Shown here: piece by piece, positions 1 to 11,276 of the stretch
Layout of the letters: each line of letters begins with the position of its first letter
How positions within the stretch are numbered: the first letter of the stretch is position 1
Assembly: GCF_006345805.1 (NCBI RefSeq)
Contig: NC_042998.1
Span: forward strand, 170,190,001-170,254,000
DNA from: Octopus sinensis
Taxonomy: Eukaryota
Direction: 5' to 3'
DNA length: 64,000 nucleotides
Position numbers and translations under genes: made by a program
Notes under the pieces: generated by a model
What the model was told of the DNA's origin: nothing
What the model saw: only the letters and a program-made list of their open reading frames with translations
Database searches by the model: none

Positions 1-417
1 GAGTGACATGCAGTCATGTTATCATAAGTAGTGAGCATAGAGTTGGCAGAGGTTCAATGAACTAGCTATCTTAAACATTGAGATTTACAAATGTGGTTAA
101 TTGATGATATGTTGATGTAGGATAAATTGTGGAGATGTTGAATTGATAAGTGGGTTTTGTGACTTGCAAAGGTTGGATTGGGTTGGTTCTGAAGAGTGGG
201 AGAGTGTGTGTGTGTGTGTGGGTGGTGTCCCCAGCCATAACCAAATGGTTAAAACCAATAAAATAGTGTGTATGTGTGGGGGTGCTTATGTTTATCTTAA
301 TCTCATTGTGTTGGTATTTTTAAATTTATGGTTTCTTAAGATCAAACACAGTTATTTGTGTATCTATTTTATTCTCGCGAATTAAATATTCTCTCTTTCT
401 TTTTTTTTTTTACTTAG

Positions 418-649
418 GCATATAAAAACTTTGGTTCTAGAGTTGCAATTGTGAAAAAGAAACTCGATGAACTGAAGTTGTCATTACCAGATCCAGCTAG
501 TCCTCTGCCTTCACCTACACCTGATGCTCCATCACCTAGTAGTACTCCACCAGCAGACGTAGATACACAACAAGATAACACAGAAGCAATTGATATGGAA
601 CTTTCTGATTCTGACAATGATGAAAGTGATGCAACTCGAAATATATTAG
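418..649 (+). CDS. RPRD2: RPRD2-like gene, first exon in window (end of coiled-coil/CREPT region and SP-rich linker)
   Basis: Polypyrimidine tract and TAG acceptor at 415-417. Translates AYKNFGSRVAIVKKKLDELKLSLPDPASPLPSPTPDAPSP...DMELSDSD, matching my recollection of human RPRD2 AYKTFANRVNNLKKKLDQLKSTLPDPEESPVPSPSMDAPSP...DMELSD. Donor AG|GTAACT at 650, phase 1. Confidence 0.92.
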
Positions 650-1035
650 GTAACTTAGCTTCAAAGCTTTTACCTTTCAATACTTTTGGTAATGTCCCTT
701 TCCTGTTTTATAACATTTGTAGCCAACAAGTTATTCTAAAACTCATAAGTAATTTCTATTAAATTTGTTGTATAATTAAGTAGAAAATTAACACATAATT
801 ACTTGACTTCTTTTGGTAATAGCAACTTATTTTAACATTCTAAAGGTTTATTTTTGAATCATATTCCTTGTCTAACTGAAATCCCATGATATATCTGATA
901 TAAATAAGTTTCATTTAATATTCAGTTCATAAATATAATTAGTACTTTGAAAAATAACAAAAATACTCTATAATAAAAAAAAAAAATATCCTTGTTTGGT
1001 ATAGATAATGATTTAAATTTTTGTTTCATTTTTAG

Positions 1036-1053
1036 TTGTTGTCAATGAAACTG
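1036..1053 (+). CDS. RPRD2: RPRD2-like 18-nt microexon (V-V-V-N-E-T)
   Basis: U-rich acceptor ttgtttcatttttag, then TTGTTGTCAATGAAACTG, then consensus donor GTAAGT at 1054. Phase 1-1, frame-preserving, no stop. Confidence 0.7.
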
Positions 1054-4000
1054 GTAAGTAATTTTTTTATATATATCTTTTTGTTTTTTAGCATTTGTTT
1101 AAACTTAATCGTTAGCTTATTGTACTAAGAATTTGTTTATATTTTACTAAATTAAGTCCAACTTCCTCTGGTTAATAAATAAATTTTAAAAAATTACTTA
1201 CGTAAAAGTTTTATTCACATACATAAATGCACATGTACTTTCACACAAAATACACACTTAAAGATAAACTCCCTTAGTGGCTCTGAATTTCTTAACTACT
1301 TTGATATCACTTTTGGGTTGGGCTTACAATTTGCAAATCTGTTAATTTGTCACTTCATCCAGTTATGGCATGATTCATTTTTACTTTTACTAAATGTCAG
1401 TCTGGTTCCTTTATTGTGTTCATACAACCTCTCATATACATCTTCTGCATGAAGTTGCTTAAGACTGATATTTGTTTATAATATTTTGTTATTTAATTTG
1501 CTTACTTTTTTTTCCACTTCTGATTTTTGTCAACTTAATTGTATGTTTTAAATATAGGTTGTGAATTATTTGTCTTTTTAAACTTGTATTATGTTGTTGA
1601 TAATTTCAAATATATGTTGTAAGAGCCTATGTAGATACTGAAATAATACTTTTTTTTCTTTAAATAAAGTCTCCCTCCCAGTGACAATCTAATTTTTTGT
1701 TGAAATGAACAAAAAAACATTCATGTAAGGCTTGTTAGAATTTATCAAATTAAGAAATTATCTTCAGAAAGTTGAAATTACGTCTGTAAGCTGTAAACTT
1801 TTATTGTATTTTATGTTGTTACTGTTAGAATAAGGTGTTAAAAAAAATTTTTTTTCCATTGTTTTCTTGTCACTTGATCTTAGTGGGGCGCAGCCAATAC
1901 ACTCGCAAAAGCTGACCCTTTTCATAAATTTCATGCTTTAAACAAGCAAATACCTTATGAAAGTTGAAATTTACCTAGTCTTTTCAAATAAGCAAGTAAT
2001 ATCATCTAATATTTTGGTGGTTGGTGATTTATAAGTAACTAACAGTCAGGCAGATTTGAGAGTAAACATTGTGAAAAATTATTAAAAATATAATTCTCTT
2101 AAAAACTACCAAATTATCTATATAATAATTGTTTTTACCCAACACTCTTTTCACTACAAAGTTTCTCTCTCTCTCTCTCTCTTTCCCTCTCCCCCCCTCT
2201 CTCTCTCTCTCCAGAATATTTTGTTTGCCTGAAACATTTGTGACTATTCCAACTCGTGCCAGCATGAGAAAAGGAACCTTAAAATGACAGTAGAATGTGT
2301 GTTTAATTTCTATCTGAAATATAATCTTAATATAAGAAAATAAATATTAGGAAAGAAAATAAACATGCGTTAACAAATTGTTGAGCAGGGTATGTAGTGA
2401 CATTATAAATCTAGTTATAATTAATATAATGTGTGTGAGAGTGAGATTGCATGTATGTAATTATTCTTAAAACACATCTGTCTAGCTTCATGCTTATATT
2501 ATTTTCAATTTAACAGTGTATATTTCAATTTGTTTCTTTTACAAATATTTGTGATCATAATCTCATAAAAGTTGTCTAATCTGGTTTGTTAAATTTCTCA
2601 AAAAGAATTGGTAAGCCTTCTCGAAAACACATAGGATTAGTAAAGCTGTATTTATAAAGTATGATAGCAGATAAGATTGATGGTCTTTAATGGAATTGTG
2701 AAGACAGATATTTGAGTATTCCAAGATATTATGATTCAGTACTCAGGATATACTACATTTCAAAATTCTGTTCAGTGTAACACATAGCATAACTTTACCT
2801 GTGTTAGAATATAATTGGCATAAAAATAGAGGATTTCTTAAGTAGAGAATGCTTTGGTGAACATCTGGGGAAATATTTAGAATGCGTCATCTTGAAAAAT
2901 TACTATACTTTGGTTTGGATTCATTGTAAGCAATCTGTCCTAAGCCCTGAAAATTAGCCGATTATTTCATTGCATTTGTATTATTTATTCAACAAAGGGA
3001 TTCTGGTAATTATTTATGATCAAGTATAAGATTTTTGTATCTCATAATTTTCATTGTAAATTATTAAGTACTAAGTGGGATTATTTTAAGTTTTGTTGTT
3101 GACATCCATTGTCCACCTCTGTTGCTATCCACCACTCTCTTTCTCATCCCTACCTCTACCATCTCACATAAATCACTCCCTTACTCTCCTTGCCCACCAA
3201 TCTAGGTTCTTCTACCTTCACTCTCTGTTCTATTCACCTTGTTCAGTCATGTTGCCTTTAGCAAAATAGCAAGGCTTCTTCAGTCTTATTGGATACAAGG
3301 TAACTTCATCAGTGCTTGTGTCATGATAAATTGAAGTTTAGAGGACTTCTTAGGCTAATCAAAGACATGGTAACCTTTCTAGTGCTGGGGCCATGAAAAA
3401 AATGCCTCCAGTACACTTTGCATGTGGTTGGTGTTAGGAGAGGCATGCAGCCATAGAATCTAAGACAAAATTGAAATGCACAAGCAAGATGTCGACCCAT
3501 CCAGGAGAGCATTGATGGAAATAAGATCTCAGATCATCATGACCAGCATGATACCAGCATGGAAGGTGGGCGTAAAATGATGACAGTGACTGTTGTTATT
3601 ATTATTATTAAACCCTTTCAGTTTTGTTTAATTTTCCATTAAAATTATAGACGTCTTTGCTGACATAGTTAAAATATACATATAAAGCATATTGTTTCTG
3701 ATTTAAACATTTCACTCTTGTCAAAAAGATTGTTTGAGTTCTGGTTTGGCCATAGTTCAAGGATAGCTTCAACATGGCAGTTTTAGAACAATTCAGTTAC
3801 AAAATATTTCTGAATGTTGACTTCAAATATTAAGATAATGTTATTGTAACCAGCCTTTAAGTTTGTCTTGAATACTCAGAGCAATGTACTTGCATGTGTG
3901 TATGTGCATGCATGTGTGTGCGCGCACACATGTGTGTATTTTAACGCATTGTTAGTGAATATGGACTGTTGATAATATATAGTTTCATTTTAATTTTATA

Positions 4001-7000
4001 TGATATTTATTTTTATTGTAGCCTTTCAAGGTTTCTACTGCTAAACAATGGTAATCTCTATTATGCATACTGGAGATTAGAGATGTGGGTTTTGTCATGA
4101 GAGTAGCTTTTAAGAAGACTTATAAAGTAATTAAAAAGTACTAAGGAAAACAATATATTTAGTAAAATTTATCAAAATTTGTTGAAAATTTTTGAGGGTC
4201 TCTGAAAAGTAATAGGCTAACACATCTAAAAGAATGACGTTTGGTTTTAAAAAGAGGCTTTAAATTAAAAATGAAAATTTATCAATTTTTTACAGAAAGC
4301 TAACTACATCAAGTTTTTAATATATTTCTAAGTTTGTTGTGGCAATTAGGTTGAGTTTATTTTAATTCTATCACTGATTATTCAACTACAGTCATTTTCA
4401 ACATAAAAAGTGTCTTATACTTGCAATATTTTATTTTGAGTTAAAAGGAGATCAACCATCCTCAGATTTAAATATAAGAATTTACACATCCCTGCTATGA
4501 AATATCTATGGAAATATACAAAACATGTAGGTTATTCAAAAGAATAGTACAGAAGCTGCTACATCTGTTGCAGGATGTTATTTTGCATTAAAGGTACAGC
4601 ACAACTGAGCTAGAAAAATAGTTAGGTATTAAAAATATTGGCCAGTATGTCTTGATGTAATAACTGCATTGGTATAGACATGATGCATACAACTATTGAG
4701 TATTCAATGATAAAGTGGCAGAGAGTGACATGGGAAGAAGTGATGATATAAAAGCTCAGAATGTTGGCCTTCACAACCATGGTGACATTAGATTTTCAGC
4801 TATCATCAACATTTTATATTCAGGTTCCATGTTGACAAAGATTAGCCAGTTGGACAGTATACAACAATTCAGAGGATCACTTCTTACTCATCTGTCTCAC
4901 TTTCGGCATAGTTTCTATGGCTGGATGTCCTTCTTAATGCCAACCACTTTTCAGAGTGTACTGGGTGCTTTTCAAGGCACCAGAACTAATGACATTGACT
5001 TGTAACTTGTGAGAGTAAAGAGCCTTCATGACTGAAATGAAAATAGGTGTCAGCATTAGGCAAGGTGATGAGAGAGAGGATTGAAGTATATTGGGAAGAA
5101 CAGGGTATACACTTTAAAGTATGGAAGGGAAAGAAAACAAGGATTAGGGTTAGTGAGAATAAGAGAATGACAGAATATTTATGGAGATGGAAAACGGACA
5201 TTAAATGATGAAGATGATGATGATGAAGTCAATTGTAAGAGAAGTATTTGGACAGTTACAAACAGCTTTTTAGTTTGCATTTGTTGACTTGGAGATTTTT
5301 GACTCTATCCTTTGCTGTAAAAGTCCAAATTAATGGGTTGGGGTGGCATAGAAAAAGCAGTTCAGCTATGTAAAAGAAGTTTGATGACAAATCACAATAA
5401 TTTGCTGTGGAAAAAAATCATGTATAGTTATTGCTTTGAAGCATTGCTCTTGTGATAATTGTTTTCCGTGTAAATGTGTGAATGTTATCAACATCATTTA
5501 AATGTCTATATTTCCATACTCGCTTGCATAAATCAGGCAGAATTTTGTTGAGTCTGATTTTCTCCAGCCAGGTGCCCTGCCTGTTGCCAAACCTCATCTG
5601 TTTTAATGGAAAATTTGGAGGAAAGGACACCACTTACTTGGTGAATTCAGTAACACATGTACATGTGCATTCACACATATATACATGCATGTGTATGTAT
5701 GTATACACACACACACATATATATATATGATGGGCTTATTTCATCTACTGAAATCACTTACTAGGCTCTGGTTGGCTGGGACTATGGCAGAATACATTTG
5801 CTCGAAGTGACATACAGTAGAATTTAACCCAGAACAATGGTTCTGGGAAGCAAACTTCTTACTGCATGGCTAAGTCTGCCTATGCGACTAAATATCTGAA
5901 TATCTTTTTGAATGATTTGCTATATTTGTCTTCTTTTGTGCTTCAAATATGTGCCTCATCTGTGTTTGACATAGGAAAATAAAGTTGCTGCCCCCCCACG
6001 ACTAAATCCCCAAGTTATGGTTTTGTTCGTATCTCTCCCTCTTGTGAAAAAGTAATTGACTTAACAATATTTTAAAACTTTATAAGAAAACAACCCATAT
6101 TTTCAGGATACCTCATTCAGAGATGAATGTTTGCTTTAGAGTCATATCATGTTTGTTTATTCTATTTTATCTAAAATATTTTTATTTTGTCGAAAGTGTC
6201 ACACAATCTTTTCCTCCTCCTACTTGTTTGTTTAAGCATGTATTAGACACAAACTAAATTGCCAATGTTTATTATGATTATGATACGTTAGAAGCCTTTC
6301 AATGCTGATGTTAACAGAAAATAGACATTGTAGCATTAGATCTGTCGATTTAGCTCATTGAATTGAAGATAATCTCTTTGTAATGAGTATCTTATTTAGT
6401 GAATGCAGTTCAATTTATATCTATAAATATTCAATTCTTTTCACTGATTTAACTGTCTTAATGAACCATTTTGATCATTTTGATCCCCCTGTGATATCAG
6501 ATTCCATATTTACCATGTTTGTTGATATGTGCTTGAATTTAGGTTGGAGATTCTTGAGTCTTTATTTCAAATATAGAGTTCTATGTTCTTATCCACTAGG
6601 CTGTAGTCCCCATGGAATAGTTATGTCGATTTAAATTATATTTAGACATATTTTTGGTAATATCAGCTATATTAGGCTAAATTCAGTGCTATATTTACTG
6701 ATTATCTTCTCAAAACACTGTATGAACTGCTTTTTTTATTTTCTCTAGTTTCCACTGTTTCTTTCCCTATAATGGAAACATTATTTTCAGTATATTATTA
6801 CAGTTTTTATAACATATGCTTTTTATAGTATATGATGTTCTGTTGTAGCTGACTTCTCTTGTATTTTGAGCTTTCCACTGTTGTTTCTCTGCTATAAGTG
6901 CATGGGACATTGTATACTCTTTTAGTGGTTTCAATTTTTGAACAACGGCCATGCTAACATACTGTCTTGGTAGGTTTAGTCAATCAGATCAACCCCAGTG

Positions 7001-8127
7001 CTCACTTATTAAAGTCTGGTGACCTCCTTTTGCTGACCTGCTTAGTTATGGGGATGTAAGCAAACTAACACTGGTTGTTTAGTGTTGAGACAAAGGGTTG
7101 TGCACAAATGGACCCCCACCCCCAACTCACCACATGTGCAGTGATTTTCCACAGTTTCCGTTTACTAAATTCACTCATAAGGCATTGATTTATAGTGTTA
7201 TAGTAAAAGACATTTACCTAAAGTGCCACACTGAGGGACTCAACCTAGAACCATGTAGTTATGAGGTGAACTTTTTAACTACACAACCCTGTCTGCAGCC
7301 TTTTCTTGAATAAATTTAAATTTGATAAAACAACTATAGAGTGTTGTATTATATCTAAACACTGTTCTGATCTTATATTTGCTACATTTTGTTGTATGTT
7401 GTATATTCTCAGCCAGACCTTTATAGCATGGAAGAGTCACAATGGATTTAATTTTAGTTTCATCCATGCAAATAAATGCAAGTGATGATAATTGTAATAG
7501 TAAACTTCAGTTTGGTCTTCACAAATATCTGTTCCCAAAAAAACATAGCTGTGCTAAAACCACGATATGATCCCAATTGATTAAATACCAGAAAAATTGT
7601 TTCTTTTGATAGACACAGAAATAGTAACACCAGTAAATTATTTCTGGATATTATTTCAAAACTACAAAAGAAAACAAATAGTGAGTTGTCTTGAAAGATT
7701 TTTGGATTGTACCAATTCCTGAAGTATTATATTACCAATTAAAATGCTTCATGTTGTTTTTTGCTAGACTCTAACACTAAATTCTCTTGTCTTGATTGGT
7801 AATAACTCTGCACATTTAAAAATAATTTGTGTGATCTCCTTTAGAGTTTTGATGAATTTTCATGTTAAATTTTTCATGAATTAATGTGGTTTTCTGTCGG
7901 TGCTTATTCACTTCTCATATGAGTTAATTCACATACTTGGTAGTGTTTTGTTTAATGACAGAGATACTCACTGTCAAATTCAGAATGTAAATAAGTGACA
8001 ACAACATTTCTGCAAATGTACAAAATATGGTCCATGAATACACTGGACACTAACATTCAAAATCTACATATACAATACAGTGATCCCTCACTACTTTGCG
8101 GATTCATGATTTCGCGGATTTTTAAAA

Positions 8128-8538
8128 TCATCATCATCATCATCATCATCGTTTAGCGTCCGTTTTCCATGCTAGCATGGGTTGGACGGTTCTACTGGGG
8201 TCTGTGAAGCCAGAAGGCTTCATCAGGCCCAGTCAAATCTGGCAGTGTTTCTACGGCTGGATGCCCTTCCTAACGCCAACCACTCCGAGAGTGTAGTGGG
8301 TGCTTTTTACGTGCCACCCGCACAGGTGCCAGACAGAGCTGGCAAACGGCCACGAACGGATGGTGCTTTTTATGTGCCACCGGCACGAGGGCCAGGCGAG
8401 GCTGGCAACGGACACGAAACGGGGCGGTGCTGGCAACGGTCGCGAAACGGAAGGTTCTCTTACATGCCACCGGCACTGGTAACACATCTGCAATTTCCAT
8501 TGATCGATTTCAATTCTGATCCTCACTTGCCTCAACGG
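8128..8538 (-). mobile_element. RTE-LINE 3'-end-derived repeat (family A), young copy with (ATG)n tail
   Basis: (CAT)n tail, then gtttagcgtccgttttccatgctagcatgggttggacgg...ctggatgcccttcctaacgccaaccac and internal gtgccaccggcac repeats. Many copies occur across the window. Confidence 0.8.
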
Positions 8539-8680
8539 ATATACATAATTTATTTCCATACCAGCATGAGTTAGACAAGATATTTTGGGAGATTCATTTT
8601 TTTAATTGCCAGATGCCTTTCCTATGAACAACCCTTGTTTTTTCCATCAACTTTCTGTCCCTCTACCATACTTTCATATC

Positions 8681-8913
8681 TATTTCTTTACTACCCACAA
8701 GGGGCTAAACACAGAAGGGACAAACAAGGACAGACACACGGATTAAGTCGATTATATTGACACCAGAGCGTAACTGGTACTTATTTAATCGACCCCGAAA
8801 GGATGAAAGGCAAAGTTGACCTCGGCAGGATTTGAACCCAGAACGTAGCGGCAGACGAAATACCGCTAAGCATTTCGCCCGGCGTGCTAATGATTCTGCC
8901 AGCTCGCCGCCTT
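8681..8913 (-). mobile_element. SINE family B, full length, with a perfect 21-bp target-site duplication
   Basis: Head GGCGGCGAGCTGGCAGAA with B-box-like GGGTTCAAATCC on the minus strand. cctctaccatactttcatatc is repeated at 8660-8680 and 8914-8934. Confidence 0.9.
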
Positions 8914-9520
8914 CCTCTACCATACTTTCATATCCTTCAATATTATATTCCACTCAAAGCAGCAAACTGGCAGAATCATTGAGAGTTCAAACTCTGCAAA
9001 AGCTGACCCTGCCCTTCATCCTCCCGGGGCCGATAAATAAGCACGAGTTGAGAACTGAGGTTGATGTAATTGACTTTCTTCCTTCCTTGAATTTGCTGGC
9101 CTTGTGCCAAAATTGGAAAGCAAGATTATATCCCACTCAGTTGAGGGATGTCTTGTCTTGCAAGCATTTGGTGACCTCACTGGTGTAGTGCTATGCCGAA
9201 AAAAAAAACTCAAAACAAAGCAAAAAAAAAACCCACCTAGTATCCCCTGTAAAATGGCTGGTGCTAAGAAATGTCTCCCTCCAGCCATAGAAACCATGTC
9301 AAAGTCAACACTGGAGCCTGCGGTAGCCCTCTGGCTTGTCAGTTCCTATCAAACTGTCCAACCCAAGCCAACATGGAAAGAGGGACATTAAATGATGATT
9401 TTGTCAGCTTTCTACCTTGAATTGAAAATCTGTCCAAGTATTTCAAAACTGATGTATATATAGATATACATCACCTACATTATCTTTTCCTTGCATAAGC
9501 TGAGTAGGTCCTATTTATGT

Positions 9521-9522
<2 letters not shown>

Positions 9523-9577
<55 letters not shown>
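9523..9577. repeat. (TA)n microsatellite (others at ~27115-27160, 33307-33342, 34400-34463, 47971-48000)
   Basis: Seen directly. Confidence 0.95.
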
Positions 9578-9581
<4 letters not shown>

Positions 9582-9598
9582 ATCCAAATATATATATA

Positions 9599-10007
9599 CT
9601 AGCAGCTAAGCCTGGTTTCACCTGGTCGGTTTGGATGATGTAGCTGTAAAACCTGCTCTGTGAAAGCATTTGACTTGTTTGGGCATGCTTACATAAAAAA
9701 ACAATTTTAGAATGACTTTTTTGTCAAAATGCTAAAAATAACTACAAAAAACAACAACCAAGATTCAACCAAATCAAAAAATAAATCCAAATACTAAGTG
9801 AACAACGATGAACCATCCCACTTCCATTGCACGCGCACACATAACCCCTCCTTTACATACACACAGAGTTGAAATGCTGTTTGATTTATTTTTCAGCGTA
9901 CAATTTTCCTCATCCCACCACCAAGTATGACATCACCACTTCCTTCCTTATTCATCTATCATGCCTTCCTTTCTCATTCATAAACACAAGAGTATTATTA
10001 TAGTAGA
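9599..10007 (-). mobile_element. Non-autonomous Helitron
   Basis: Minus strand reads host A|TCTACTATAATAATA ... degenerate hairpin CCAGGTGAAACCAGG ... CTAG|T host: 5'-TC, 3'-CTAG, subterminal hairpin, A-T insertion site. Confidence 0.7.
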
Positions 10008-10179
10008 TTATCTTGGTAACCAGGGGAACTATGAAAAAAATACAAAGCCCAGCATCACCCCCAGATCATTCTATACATCTGTGTAATTTTTCGCGCAATT
10101 CCACCCAGCCGTTTGATCGTGAATCCCAAGACAAGAAAGAATTGCCCATGTCAAATTTATATACATAGATATATAATTT

Positions 10180-10985
10180 GCAGACATGACTGTGTGGCAC
10201 CTTAGGCAAGTCTCTTCTACTATAGCTTTGAGATCACCAAAGCCTTGTGAGTGAATTTGGTAGACAGAAACCGAAAAAATACCATTATATGTGTGTGTGC
10301 GTGCGCATGTGTATATATATATATATTTCTTTATTACCCACAAGGGGCTATCACACAGAGGGGACAAAGAAGGACAGAGAAACGGATTAAGTCGATTACA
10401 TCGACCCCAGTGCGTAACTGGTACTTATTTAATCGACCCCGAAAGGATGAAAGGCAATGTCGACTCCGGTGGGATTTGAACTCGGAACGTAACGCCAGAT
10501 GAAATACGGCTGTGCATTTCGCCCGGCGTGCTAACGTTTCTGCCAGCTTGCCGCCTTGGTGTATATATGTGTGTGCATGTGTATGTGTTTGCCCACCATC
10601 GCTTAACAACTGATGTTGGTGTGTTTATGCCCCCGTAACTTAGTTCAGCAAGAGACTGACAGAATAAGTACTAGGGGTTGATTTGTTTAACCCTTTAGTG
10701 TTCACATTATTCTGCCAAAATTAATGCTTTTTCATCTACATTGCCTTGAACTAATCAGGAATTATCTTGTAGCTTTGAGATTTTGATGAGGTAGCTATTA
10801 ATTTTTAAAACGATATTGTAGGGTTGGTGTGAGAGACCAGATCTGGCCATTTTGAACATAAAACAGGCAGAATACTTTTGATCGGATATGGCCGGTTTAA
10901 ATGCTAAAGGGTTAAATAAAACCCTTAAAGGTGGTGCTCCAGCATGGCTACAGTCCAATGACTGGGAGTGAAACGAGTAACAGAG
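10180..10985 (+). mobile_element. SINE family C carrying nested SINE B (10324-10557, minus) and a TTAA MITE (10691-10911)
   Basis: Head gcagacatgactgtgtgg...ccttaggcaagtcttctactatagc...gccttgtgagtgaatttggtagacagaaacc and tail ggtgctccagcatggctacagtc...gaaacgagtaacag. The interruptions match repeats found elsewhere in the window. Confidence 0.7.
10691..10911 (-). mobile_element. piggyBac-like TTAA MITE (221 bp)
   Basis: TTAA|CCCTTTAG...CTAAAGGG|TTAA. About 94% identical by my count (about 14 mismatches) to the reverse complement of 32247-32467. Confidence 0.85.
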
Positions 10986-11007
10986 TATCGAAGATTGAAA
11001 AGGTTAC

Positions 11008-11276
11008 CTGAGTAATTTTACAAGAGCTGGAATACCTCCAGATTTAAATATAGCCAGAAGTCCCTGTCTATGTTGTGAGAGGCTATGGAGAACTGCAGCT
11101 CCATAACGAGTGGTTTCAAAATCCTTTGTATTATTCATGGCTCGTACAAGAGCCGCAACCATTTGTGGAGAATTAAGGATAACATGCCGGCTAGCATCAT
11201 TTCTGGTTAAGTGGTGTACAATGACAGCGGCGCGAGCAACGACCACTTGGTCCTCATCGTTCAACAACTTAATCAG
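11008..11276 (-). CDS. CTNNB1: Isolated beta-catenin/armadillo-like exon (armadillo repeats 1-3 region), antisense in RPRD2 intron 2; functional status unknown
   Basis: Translates [89 protein letters not shown](S). Colinear without indels with beta-catenin about L156-G245. AG acceptor at 11278-11277, donor CAG|GTAACC (phase 2) at 11007. Confidence 0.9.

Noticed and set aside
4022-4050. 29-nt segment with AG/GT boundaries
   Set aside because: In the phase required by the flanking exons it contains a TAA stop, and its length is not a multiple of 3.
8840-8913. tRNA-like heads of SINE B/C as tRNA genes
   Set aside because: A/B-box-like motifs are present, but I could not fold a complete cloverleaf and they are fused to SINE bodies. 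No rRNA or tRNA gene is supported in the window.
8182-8953. Cluster of 60-130-aa ORFs (also 10251-10609, 15147-15583, 20644-21225, 25445-26034)
   Set aside because: All lie in SINE/RTE-tail repeats or microsatellites. The internal gtgccaccggcac repeats are not CRISPR-like: no unique regular spacers, and the context is eukaryotic.
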